Positions 52,671 through 64,000 of a DNA stretch of 64,000 bases are shown here, piece after piece. The translations under genes and the position numbers were made by a program. Origin of the DNA: Lama glama. Taxonomy: Eukaryota. Position 1 is the first letter of the stretch; every line of letters starts with the position of its first letter. The DNA lies in contig CM052818.1 of the NCBI GenBank assembly GCA_028534125.1, positions 43,588,001 through 43,652,000 of the forward strand. The letters run 5' to 3'. The notes beneath the pieces are model-generated. The model was not told where the DNA came from. It made no database searches and worked only from the letters and a program-made list of their open reading frames with translations.

Positions 52671-53337
52671 CATTGAGCCACACCATTCAGAACAACTGCA
52701 TATTTAATTTATATTTGAGTTTTGAATGAAGTAGTATATTTGCCATGTGGCACTATTTAGGGCAGAATATAAGGAAGTATGCAGAGAAAATCATTCTTTT
52801 CCTCAATTATTCAAAACCTTTAAGTACATATTCATTAGATTCTCCTTTTGCTCGTAAGTCATAATTTCTTCTTCTACTTCTGTATTTTCATATAGGTCAA
52901 GTATTACATGGTTTCTTACCTGCGTGGTTCCTGATTCAGTGAGCGTTATGTGGCTTGTGAGTCAACTTAAACTTATGTTTAAAATCAATTTCTTTTGTTC
53001 ACAATTATCAAGTCAGAAAAATACTTTTTCTCTAACATCCAGAAGAGAGACACTAGATTCAAAACAGAATCTAAACTTATCCCGAACAATTTTGATAAAT
53101 TGAAATTGCTTAAAAGTATCAGTAATTTTGCAAATCAGGCAGGAAGGCATCCAAACTGTATTACAAATCCTTGCATATGTCCATCTAGCAAAAGTGTCAG
53201 GTGCAAATAATCAGATTATGAATCTGTGGATTTAAATTTAGAATTGATTTTTTTTTAAATCATGCCATGGCAAGATAGAGGGATTAACAAGGGATATTAT
53301 AGCAATAGCTGTTTGTTCTGATGATTATATGCAAGAA

Positions 53338-54771
53338 GGGAAAGTATAGAAGAAACGGATAAATTTCTAGAAACATACAACCTGTCAAGACTAAACCATG
53401 AAGAAATTAGAAGCTATGAACAGACCTGAAACTAATCAGGAGACTGAAGCAATAAAAAAATTCTTCTAACAAAAGGAAAACCAAGGAAGAGATGGTTTCA
53501 TTGGAGAATGGTGCTGAACGTTTAATGAAGAATGACACCAATCATTCTCAATCTCTTCCAAACATTTGAAGAAGTGACACCCTTCCAAACTAGTTTAGAC
53601 AGCCAGGATTATTCTGATACACAAATAATACAAAACTACTATAAGAAAAGAAAACTACAGACTAATATCTGTGACGATATTAATGCAAAAGTTCTCAACA
53701 GAAGACAGGCGAACTAAATTCAACAATATATTGCAAAGATTCTACATTGTGACCAAGTGAAATCTATTCCTGGAATACAGGATGTTTCAACGTATGAAAA
53801 CCAGTCAGCGTAATACATCACTTTAACATTGTGAAGAACAAAAACCACATGATCCTTTCAATTGATGCAGGAAAAGCATTTGGTAAATTCAAGACCCTTT
53901 CAAGATAAAAACACCAAATAAACTAAGACTAGAAGACCATTACTTCCATATAATGAAGTCCAAATAAAAATAGAATGTCTTTATGTAACAAAGTCATACT
54001 AAAATAATATATGAAAAGTCCACAGCTAATATTGTACTCAATGATGAAAAATGTAAGGTTTTGTTCTAAGATCAGTAACAAGGCAAGAATACCCATGCCC
54101 ACCACTTGTATTTCACATAATACTGAAAATCCTAGCCAGAGCAATCAGGTCAGGAGAGAAAAACAAACAAAAAATTCCCAAATCAGACCAAAAAAAAACA
54201 AAAGAGGTAAAATCATCTCTGCTTACAGATGTTATGGTCTTGTATTAAAAAAAACAAAACTAAATATTTCACAAAAGATCTGTTACAACTAATCAGCATA
54301 TTCAGTAAATTCAAAGGACACAAAATCCAACATTCAAAAATCAGTTGTGATTCTATACATTTATAATAACCTACTTCAAAAGGAAATTAAGAAGACAATT
54401 ACACTTTCAATGTCACCAAAAAGAGTAACATGCCGAGGAATAAACAATAAAGGAGACGGAAGACTTGTATACCAAAGACTATAAAACATTGCTAAAATAA
54501 ATAAAGACATGAATAAATGGAAAGATACCTGACATTCATGGTTTGCAAGACTTAATATTGTTAGAATGTCCATATTACCCAAAGTGATCTGTATACTTAC
54601 TGTGTTCTCTATCAAAATCCCAATAGCTATTTTGCAGAAAGATAGAATACCATTCTAGAATTCATTTAGAATCTGAAAGGAGCCTGAATAGCCAAAATAA
54701 TCCTGAGAAAGAAAAGCAAAGCTGGAGGTCTCATACTGCCTGATATCAAAACATACTGCAAAGTTACAGTG
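53338..54771 (+). mobile_element. L1 ORF2 (RT region) internal fragment, frameshifted
   Basis: gaagaaacggataaatttctagaaacatacaacc (EEMDKFLETYN-like), aaccacatgatcctttcaattgatgcaggaaaagcattt (NHMIISIDAEKAF-like), aaagctggaggtctcatactgcctga (KAGGITLPD-like). Confidence 0.92.
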
Positions 54772-55282
54772 TCTGTTTATCTGTTTATCATACGACTTTC
54801 TGTCTGGTTTGATTTCCATGGTAGGATAATCTTCACATTTACAAATTATTTTACTATATATCTTTTCTATAATTTTAATATGAATTAAAACCCATTTTCA
54901 GGGTGCACTTATTTTTTTTTTAACAAAGAGTAAAATAAATGACCCTAGCCAGGAAGAATCCTTTAATATCCTTTAATCCTACCTATCCTTTACTATGCAT
55001 AAAATTTTTGAATAATACTTACTTTTCACTTATGTTTGCCATTTCTGTCTACCAATGTGAGCTTTTGATGCCAATAAATCAAAACATTTTGGTTAATGAA
55101 TTTTAATTTTCTTCTATTTGGAATACTAATAAATAGTTATTCACCATTTTAAATGTTTTATTTTACAGATGTTTCAAACTATCTGCTTTCTACATTCAGC
55201 AATTTACTCAGATACTTAATTCATTTTAATTTCATTATAAGTTATTCTCTCCCTAAAATATAATGAATGTATGTATCCAGGC

Positions 55283-55307
55283 GCACACACACACACATAC
55301 ACACACA
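55283..55307. repeat. (CA)n microsatellite
   Basis: gcacacacacacacatacacacaca. Confidence 0.9.
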
Positions 55308-56524
55308 AAAACAATTAGGTTAAAGGTATATATTTATATGCTTTAAATGGATATATGTTTATATTTTAGTTACATTATTTTCCTTGAGACAATGAGAGTA
55401 GTTTTTAAAAATTTATTTAGGTTTCATTTAATATAATGTAGATAAAAAGAAATTTTAAATGAATAATTACTCTTCTCTCTTTTTGCTTCCTATTTTCCCA
55501 TTTTGTAAATTAACCTACAGCTACTATAAATTGTCTCCATATATCATTGCTCATTTTAAGTTCTTATCTCCATGCTATTTCTCATACAAGGCATTCTTCT
55601 TGGAATTACCTTTACTCCCCTTTTCAGCAAGAGTTTCCTCCAAAGCCCTCAAACAGTTGTAACACATACCCTCTGTGAGATCCTCCCATAGCTGATCACT
55701 GTGCTGATTTAGCTGGTTCTCGTTTGCTCTCGTAGCACAATTCATACAAAGAAGGTACCAAAAATGCCTTTTGAATTTCAGTTATTTTGATTTACATGAA
55801 TGAATTTGCCAATTTTATATTTCTTAAAAGTTCTACATGTGGTTATATCTTACATAATTAGATAATTGCATCACTAATTACAAGTGGGATTTACAAAAAG
55901 TTTCTTACGTAGAGATGAATAAATCAAATAATTGTGTATATTAATCAAATAATAATTGAATATTGATAATAATTATCAATAAGCTTCATTTATATTTATT
56001 ACATATGAATTGAAAATCTGTTATGATTCTAAAAGGACTGTGAAGAGACTTAAAGTCTATGTTTTTATTGGAAGATTTTGAAGTCAAATCAGTCTTTGGA
56101 CTGACTTTGGAGTCAAATTGACCTTGATGTGATTTTGGGGAAATTACTTAAACTTTTCTGACTCAAGAATTGTTGTTAAGGGGCACTTTTTTAAAAGATT
56201 CCTTTCTTTATTGTCCTCTAGTCTCTGAAGTCCTTCAACTCAAGGAATATGTCTTAAAGTATCTCTGTCCCAGTGCATTGTCTGACATCTAGCAAACACT
56301 TACCATATGAGTGAGATGAAAAGATGGATAATGAAATTATTAATGCTCATGAGGAGATAGAATATAATTCTTAGGGCTGATACTATCAGGGAAAAATGCC
56401 CAGAAAAGATAAAAATTGATCTTTACACTGAAGGGCGTGTGGGACAGGAAAAAAAAGGAAAGAACATTTGTGCTTCGAAACCAAAGTGTATTTTCACGAT
56501 AATCACGTGAAAACATTTTCTGAA

Positions 56525-56963
56525 TGTCAAAGTCTATAAATATTTATTAATAAAAGTGTTTGTAACAAATTTTCCTAAACATCTCAAATCTGCAGTATTT
56601 ATGTTTGCCTAGTCTAATGAATAGGTGAACTTTGCATTTCTGATCAGCTTGCTTGCAGTCCTGGAATTTGAAATAGTTGAAGTTTAATTGCTTAAAAAAA
56701 AAATCTCTATGTCTTTTCTTGCCCCTTATTTTTCCCTCCCTTTTTCAGTCAATTTTTGAAGGAGAAAAAGAAAAAACAAAAACAAAAACACACAGTGAAT
56801 CCGTTTGATATGTTCTTCTGCCCTCTTGTGGCCTGTCCATTTCATAGACTAAATGCAGCCCAGCCACGCGGTTGTCATCAAATTGCTGACCCTCCTGCCT
56901 CTCATTGGCGATGCTTTCCTAGGTCCAAGCACGGAGTAGACACTAACACATTGGAAACAACAA
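56525..56963 (-). other. Candidate 3'-terminal exon of an unidentified gene
   Basis: Acceptor tttctctacttttatgcAG|TTGTTGTTTCCAATGTGTTAG; AATAAA at 56548-56543; unique sequence. Confidence 0.3.
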
Positions 56964-57479
56964 CTGCATAAAAGTAGAGAAATTCGGTGAAACTAAGAGG
57001 GGTTCAGTTGTACCTATATTTTTTAAAAAGTATTTCTTTCTCAGAAGCTTTGTGACCTTGGGCCAACCACTTACTTGCACTGAACTTCATTACCTTCAAT
57101 TTTTATATAGAGAAATGTTTATGTCTAAACAATTTTGCAGAAACACAGCATAAATTAATGTATATTAAGGTGTTTCGCTGTCTAAGTTAGCAAAATAAAA
57201 GAGTTTATATCACTATTATATTTTTATGATATATAGTTCAAATAAGATGTATTAAGTAAATGTATTCAGTTAAATAACTTTTTATTATTGACTAGAAATC
57301 TTTCTGACTAGGTCTGGCCCGGTGTGAAAAATATTAAATTTAAGAAAATAAGCAACTATTATTTGTATAAAAATATTGTCTACCTAATTATTCATTCACT
57401 GTATGTATATGTCCATATTTAGACCACAAATACAAAAAGATTTTCAATTCAGAAAGGAATCATTAAAAAAAATCTATTA

Positions 57480-57950
57480 CTACGTATGTATTTATTTATT
57501 CATTCAGCAGATAGTTAGTCTATCTACATTATGCCAGATATTAGCTTAAGATTGGGAAAAACATGGTGAGTTCCCATATTAAGCTAATGTTCAATGAAAT
57601 AAACACAAACTAAGTGAATAATCATATCATAAGTGTGAAAATGGAACTGTGGTAATAGCAGAAAATGAAATATGTAGACATGAAGCTGTTTAATAGGGAA
57701 GACTGTATTAGGAAGTACTGAGAACATGGTGCCTGGGCTGAACTCTAAAGGGATTACAAGCATTATAGGAGCAAGGGGTGAAGGGTAGATTTGGGAGAAG
57801 GAAATATTATAAGCAGAAGCAGTATCTGGAAGATGGAAAGGGACACTGAAAGATTGAAAATGTCAAAAAAGCAAGAGGAAATTTAATGTTCAAAACAGCA
57901 GGAACACTCAGTAGGTATCATAAACATCGTAGCCATATGAGTAACATTTA
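57480..57950 (-). mobile_element. L2 3' fragment
   Basis: tatttatttattcattcagcagatagttagtctatctacattatgccagata... Confidence 0.6.
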
Positions 57951-58290
57951 TTCTTTATTGTTAGCATTGCCCTTTTAAAAGCTTGTACATTTTTGTTTTC
58001 CTGGAATTTTATAGCTTAAAAATAACTTTACAAGGCAGATAGGAAAAAAAGAAAAGATCACTCAAAATAAGACACTCTACCCCAACATGCATATACACAA
58101 ATGCATACATTAAAAAAACATGTAAATTTAAAAGAAAATTAAGTGTAAAATTAACTTGGTATTCACTGATAACAATTACTGATAACATCATAAATTTGTG
58201 ATAATGGTTGCATGTTCTCTAAACGTTTGTGTATCAACATGTATATGTTTGCTTCTTCTATTGGCTGCGTCTCTTGCCAGATTCTTCTTT

Positions 58291-58904
58291 TGTGTAGGAA
58301 GCTGTTGACACGGCTCCCAGTGGTCCTTGATCCTTAGTGGTCCTGCTCTTGGTCCATGAGGCTGAGTTGATGACCTAGTGATGAGGATTCTTCTAACAAG
58401 CAGAATTCGGCAAAAATGTCAGAATGCCTCTTCGTGGTTAGGTTCCCAAAGACAATAGTTTCATCTTGCAGGCATACTCTCCTGGCTCTTCTCACACAAT
58501 GACTCTGGTGGAGAAGGGGACTGAGGGCAGCCTCTGGCCAATGGCCAGTGGGAGCTGATGCCCTCAGGCTCCCAAGCCTAAAGGAACTGAGTCCTGTCAA
58601 CAACCACTGAGTGAGCTTGGAAGGAGAATCTGCCCCCAGTGACTTTGGCCCCAGTCAGCATCTTGATTGAAGCCTTGTGGGAGAGGTGAACATCTATCCT
58701 GGTTTGCTTGGGACCAAGAGATTTCCTGGGATGTGGGAAGTCCAGTTTTAAAACCAGGAAAATACAGGGCAAACCAAATGAACTGGTCACCCTGCATGTA
58801 AGAGACCCTGAGTCGGAAGACCCACAGAAATTGTGAAATAATAAATGCTTTAAGGCACTCACATCAGGAGTAATTTGTCATGCAGCAATAGAAAACTGAT
58901 TTCA
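58291..58904 (+). mobile_element. MLT1E/F-type MaLR solo LTR with nested MER94
   Basis: actgagggcagcctctggccaa...aggaactgagtcctgtcaacaaccactgagtgagcttggaagg...taatttgtcatgcagcaatagaaaactga. Confidence 0.85.
58683..58793. mobile_element. MER94-like hAT-Blackjack MITE
   Basis: ggtgaacatctatcctggtttgcttgggac...aaaaccaggaaaatacagggcaaaccaaatgaactggtcaccct, with inverted arms. Confidence 0.75.
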
Positions 58905-59474
58905 GGACTCGTTTTTCAGGATTCAACTCAGGTATCCATTCTCACGAGAAAATCTCTGCATCTCGAGCATGTATGTAGAGAGCCCTGCTCAGATCTTCTG
59001 TAGTCTTCTGTACTTATCCCTATGAAAGCATCTGAAACCCCGTCCCATCTTGGTCCGCTTGGTTTTCCTTTCTCTCTTACTAGACTGCAGACTGTGTGGT
59101 AGGAGGGTCCATGTTTATTCTCCAGGGAAACCTTAGTAATGTTACCCAGTAGGCATGACAAGCTGGAGGAGAGTGGTGTGCATGTGTGAGCTGGCTGGCT
59201 CTTCTGCACACTGGAAACGCTGCCATTGCTTGAGGAGACAGTGCTTCACAAGTCTAAAAACACTTCGGTTCAATTAAATTTTCATCTTCTATGAGTTATC
59301 CTAGATTTCTTGCAAATTTTTCACGAGATGGAAAAAAGAAAAACACTTATTTTCACAAGTCTAAACCCCTCACTATATGATTAAAGATATGATTAAGAGG
59401 TAAAAGGATTTTGATTTTGCGTCAAGATATTTTAGAATAAATTGGAGTCTGTTGAAGTAATAAGAAACATAATA

Positions 59475-59560
59475 AAGTGAATTGCTTTTCTGTACACCTG
59501 AAACTAACATTGTAAATCAACTACACTTCAATAAAAATAAAATCTAAAAAAAGCATAAAA
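59475..59560 (+). mobile_element. Short L1 3' tail with poly(A)
   Basis: ctgtacacctgaaactaacattgtaaatcaactacacttcaataaaaataaaa; approximate TSD acataata on both sides. Confidence 0.8.
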
Positions 59561-62500
59561 AAGACATAATAGTTCTGATTTCGTTCACATAGAAATAACT
59601 TAAAACTCAGTTTTTACTTCACTAAGAAGCATGGATTGCAGTCTTTGTATAACAATGATTTAGTAAAGAAAACAGATACGATGAAATGGTAAAGCTTCAT
59701 AAAAAATCAATATTGTCTATCATTAGTGAATAGACTTGCTAAACATCTGAAAAAAGAGTTTGTAACAGACAATATTAAATCCAATTAATGGAGTTAACTA
59801 AAACACCAAGCTACATAATTATCATTCAGCTCCGTCTCCATGGGCCACTCCTTTTGTCTGTTGTGTCAGTTCTGTGGGTGTAGTTTGAGCTCCCGGCAAT
59901 TGCCCCTCAAATCCGTGCACATGGGTATGTCTTAGCACAAGACTGAAGAGCATGGCTACAAAACACGCTAGTGCCATGTTTCTGCAACCCAAAAAATAAG
60001 TCTTAATTTTTCTGTATCCTTCGAAAGATGTTTTTATATGACTCAATTATTATAGTCTTTCCAAACTTAGTCTAGTAATTTCTTTATTTTTAAAGTGTAC
60101 TTTCTGCAGTTAGATTCTAACCACCCACAAATTCAACCCCCGTTCTGATCATCAGGTTTTATTTGTTCTTTGGGAGCTATTTTCTCCTCTTTTTGGTGGG
60201 AGCAAGTCAAAGAGGAAAGATTTTCTTTTTAATAACTAACAAACAGAATGCAAATAAAAGCCTTATTAATAGCAGAGTGTCATAAGTGTTGGAAGAAACA
60301 GGTATCATACAGGGAAGCAGCGAATAAGGACAAAGAAAGTGAAAATTCTTCTCTCTCAGAAAATTTAAGGGAAGCAGCTACTTTATAAAGTGAGATGTTG
60401 GATTTAATGGTTTGTTTATAATCTGAAACTTTTGAGTTCTCTACAGCATAATGAATATTCAATACTTACTGCTACGAAATATTTATGTGTTTATTGTAAC
60501 AAATATGAACACTTTAGATTTTCATATTATAGTGTATTTGCAAACCTTCATTGAAAATACAAGTTTGGTTAATATTTGAGACATTAAAACTGATGTGAAA
60601 TATACATTATTATCATTAGTATTTCTAGTTCAAATTTGAAAAATTGCGTGATGCTTCTGAACCTTCATCTGTTATTCTGGCCCCATTTACTTTTCTATAG
60701 ATTTTGCAGTCCTTACGATCTATGAAAAATGCCAGAGGATTATCAGTAAATAAAGCAGTGACATCTACTCATTTCTGAAAAGGCTATGTGCAATCTTGTT
60801 TATAGATTTATTCTTGCATCAGAGGGAGCTGTTTGTTTCTTTGTGTCAAAGTGAACTATATTCACAAGTCAGAACATAACTTTTCTACAGTATCTCATAT
60901 TTAATTAGCAGTTAGTCCTCAAAGATAATATGTAAGTTAGAGTACACTGTGTTTAGAAATCTAGACGTTTAATCTCTCAGATAGATTATATTATATATTC
61001 CAAATCTCATGGCCCACTATATAAAAGAAATTATATCTCAGATGTTTCCATAATATCTAAATTGTGCATGTTCAGCCCAGGGCTAATCAGGTAGAGCCAG
61101 ATCTTACTTATTTTTAGTTTCCCTTCTATGTCTGGTATTCAGTGAAGGTTTTACCACATATTCTTCAGTCAAATCAATTAAGTCTCCCAGAAAGTACTGT
61201 CAAAAACAGAGTTAACTTTATATTTCTACTTTAATTAAAGGAAACATAGTTTTATATGATTAAAGAATATTCTAAAAAGAGCAGTTATCAACAGATTATT
61301 GCAAAAGATTGGATTCATGCTAAGAAAATCAAGAAATTTGAAATTGAGACACATTCATGAAATAGGCACACAGTATTATTAGCACATGTTCCTGAGACAA
61401 ATCAATGCTACTCTGAGAAGAAAAGGATAGTTGTGACAATAGAAAAGATGTGTCATGCCACTTCTCAATAAGTATCCATCATAAGGCTGAACTGTTAGTT
61501 TTACTTCTTAAACTCCATATCAAGAAAAGTGTGTCCTTAACCCTTTCACAAAATATGCAAATCCTGTCGATAGCCCAAGTTCTAGTGTAAAGGCTACTTG
61601 CATTTTAGGAGTTTCTTGGTGGCCGGATACCCTCGATGCTTATCGGACACATTCCTGTGTTATTTCCTACTTTCATTTGAGATGTCTGTTGTATTTCCTG
61701 TCAATTAAGAAGAGAAATGTTCAAATTTTGGTGTGAATAAAATTACCTTGGCAGATTGTGTATGATGTAGATTCCTGGTCTGTATGCCTGAAAATTTTTA
61801 ATTTAACAGGTCTAAGATAACAAATAGATGCTTCTACATCTAAGAAGACCATGTAGCCATTGTATCAAATTTAGCTGTACTTGATTTCATGCAAATATTG
61901 TTTTTCCCATTCAAACACACTCCAAGGACTTTATTTTCCTGCTCTGGAACAAAAATATCATGCCTTTCCTTTAATTTTTTTTCAACATTTTGTGACATTG
62001 CCTGGCATCTTGGAAGCACCAAAGAAAAAAATAATGGTAGGCTATAGTTATTTCAGTCACCATTTTTGCAATATGCAAGTCTATCATAAGCATTCTGTTT
62101 TATGACCACAATCATCTCATTGAATTAAATTTAATTCTGTAATTATGTGGATTTAAATCTTATAACAAGTCTTTAAGTCTTTACTTCCACATGCATATGT
62201 TCTTTACTTTGATTTTATATTGTTTAATAGGATTATGTTTTCAAGTCAATGCTTCAGTAAAGCTGCTTGTATAATAAAACTCCTGAGACCTGATGCATAT
62301 AACAGTGATTTTTTTCTTGCCTTTACCCATGAAAACATGATGAAATACAGAAATACAAGGTCACATACTTTGTTCCCCTCAAAATGTTCTAGATATTTTT
62401 TCTCTTATATTGTTGCATTAGTTACCAGTCATTCAGAGGCCAGTTATGTTCTCCTTTTAAATGGAACTGCAACATTTCTTGGAGTATAAAATATTGCACA

Positions 62501-62941
62501 TTTTTACTATGAAGTTCAATTGACTACATCCCTACATATTGTTACAGTTTTTAATTTCATTTTCTTGGAATACAATGAGACGACCTACCTGCACCTCCAA
62601 GTCTTCATTTTAAGTAATATTTTATTTCATATTTGATACTATCTTAACATTTTATGTGATACATTTTCTTGAATTTTTGCTCTGTAAGTGTCCCATTGTC
62701 TATCTTCCATATGTCTCATTTTTCCTCTAGTCACTTCAGCCACTGTATGCATTTCCTTTGTAACTGATGTGATTTCCACAGGTCTCTCATACAGGTTGTT
62801 ACCTTACATTTTTTTACAGCATCACTTTGATTTGGGTAATCAAAGTAAATTCAGTGATAGCATCACATTTTACCTTCATGTTCATACCTAGGTCCGCCAG
62901 CTCCTTCTTTTTGTCTCATGTTGTTTTCTTAGCTCATTCTT

Positions 62942-62964
62942 TTATTTTAAACATTTTTTATTGA
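62942..62964 (-). mobile_element. 23-bp L1 3'-tail micro-insertion
   Basis: ttattttaaacattttttattga between perfect 15-bp direct repeats TCTTAGCTCATTCTT. Confidence 0.7.
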
Positions 62965-63059
62965 TCTTAGCTCATTCTTAATCAAATATTTTGTGTTCAT
63001 CTCTTTAATTTTTCTAAAATAAGAAAGTAGTTATATTTTAAATAATTCCTATATCCCCT

Positions 63060-63172
63060 AAGCCATATATATATTATATATGGCTTTTATATATATATAT
63101 ATATAAAAGTATATATATATATACTTAAATATATATATAAATTATATATATATATATATAATTTAAGTATAT
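63060..63172. repeat. (TA)n-rich palindromic tract
   Basis: TA runs bracketed by inverted unique arms. Confidence 0.9.
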
Positions 63173-64000
63173 AGATATGATTCTTAAGTGAGTTTCTCAG
63201 TATTTGGGATGTTGTGGTTTGACTCTTTTAAAAATACTTTTCATTAATCCTTCTGCTTTTTTTAGTTTGCAAGAGTGCACTTACATGCATTTGTGTGTCC
63301 CAGATGTCTGTCATTTTTTTAAAACAATTTTGGATGGGTACAACTCTGTGTATCTTTAGCTCTCTACTTGATAAAACAACACATGAGTGGTGGAAATTCC
63401 ATGATTTGCCTCCATTTTCACCTGAACAGTTTAGACATTTATTCTCCAACTTTGAGTTGCCAAGCTGAATGTAAATTTTTATGCTATTTTTTGCCCTTCA
63501 ACTTGGGAGAGGATTGTAACTCTAGACGTCACAAGTTGAACCTTTGTACCTGCTTTTTAAAAAAATCCGTTAACATGTACTTGTCCTGAACATGCCAGAG
63601 CAATATTTCATATTTAGTGGTAAAGACAAGGTTTCTCTCTTAATTGAGTCCCATTTGCTTTGCTTTGAGGAGCCTTGGAGGCCATGACAAAATGTCAGGA
63701 TTTCTTGGCCAGAACACTGTTACACACGCACGGTTCATTCTCAGCAGCAGCTACAAACTTGGTTCCACTGCTGCCGTAGACGTGTGTTTGGCCTCGTTCC
63801 TTCCAATTAGGAGATCAGTTTTGCCAGAAGACCAGCTCACACACATGGAAGGTTACCTTTCCTCTTGCCTTTATTGTTTTCCCTTATGAACAAAATGAGC
63901 CTTACGTGTTGTCTCCAAATCCATACTGTCCAGACTGAGGGTTCTTATTAAGGCCCCTGGGAACTTCTGCTTACCTCCTGTGTCCAATGGCAAATACATT

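Noticed and set aside
52875..52962. Plus-strand acceptor (ttctgtattttcatatAG) and GTGAGT donor
   Set aside because: No recognisable peptide, no partner exons, and such sites are common in T-rich DNA
53532..54615. ORFs with RT-like peptides
   Set aside because: Pieces of a frameshifted L1 ORF2 fossil
1..64000. CRISPR arrays, operons, tRNA/rRNA genes, CpG-island promoter
   Set aside because: Mammalian repeat-rich DNA with no repeat-spacer array, structural RNA signature or CpG island that I could see

Overview
AT-rich, repeat-dense mammalian DNA, intronic or intergenic, with a 500-N assembly gap at 10941-11440. No complete protein-coding gene is visible, and almost all ORF-track entries are chance ORFs, ORFs run through Ns, or ORFs inside decayed repeats. 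The window is mostly fossil mobile elements: a truncated ERVL-class provirus (LTR16A-type LTR, PBS, decayed gag/pro/pol, about 3.75-7.68 kb), several MaLR (MLT1) solo LTRs, two young ERV1-class solo LTRs with target-site duplications (29094-29708 and a MER41-like LTR at 30311-30803), old L1 and L2 fragments, MIRs and small DNA transposons (MER2, MER53, MER58, MER94). Tiny L1 3' tails reading TTTTTTATTGATTTATAATCATTTTACAATGTTGTGT resemble the camelid L1 tail as I recall it, and I saw no Alu, Bov, PRE or CAN SINEs, so a camelid source is my inference. The unique sequence holds a strong CTCF-type motif and several minus-strand splice-site candidates (a 28-nt micro-exon and possible terminal exons), which could be the alternatively spliced 3' end of a gene lying to the right; I could not identify that gene. 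I see no convincing novel biological system. Repeat family names come from recalled consensus sequences, not a database search, and old-repeat boundaries are approximate.
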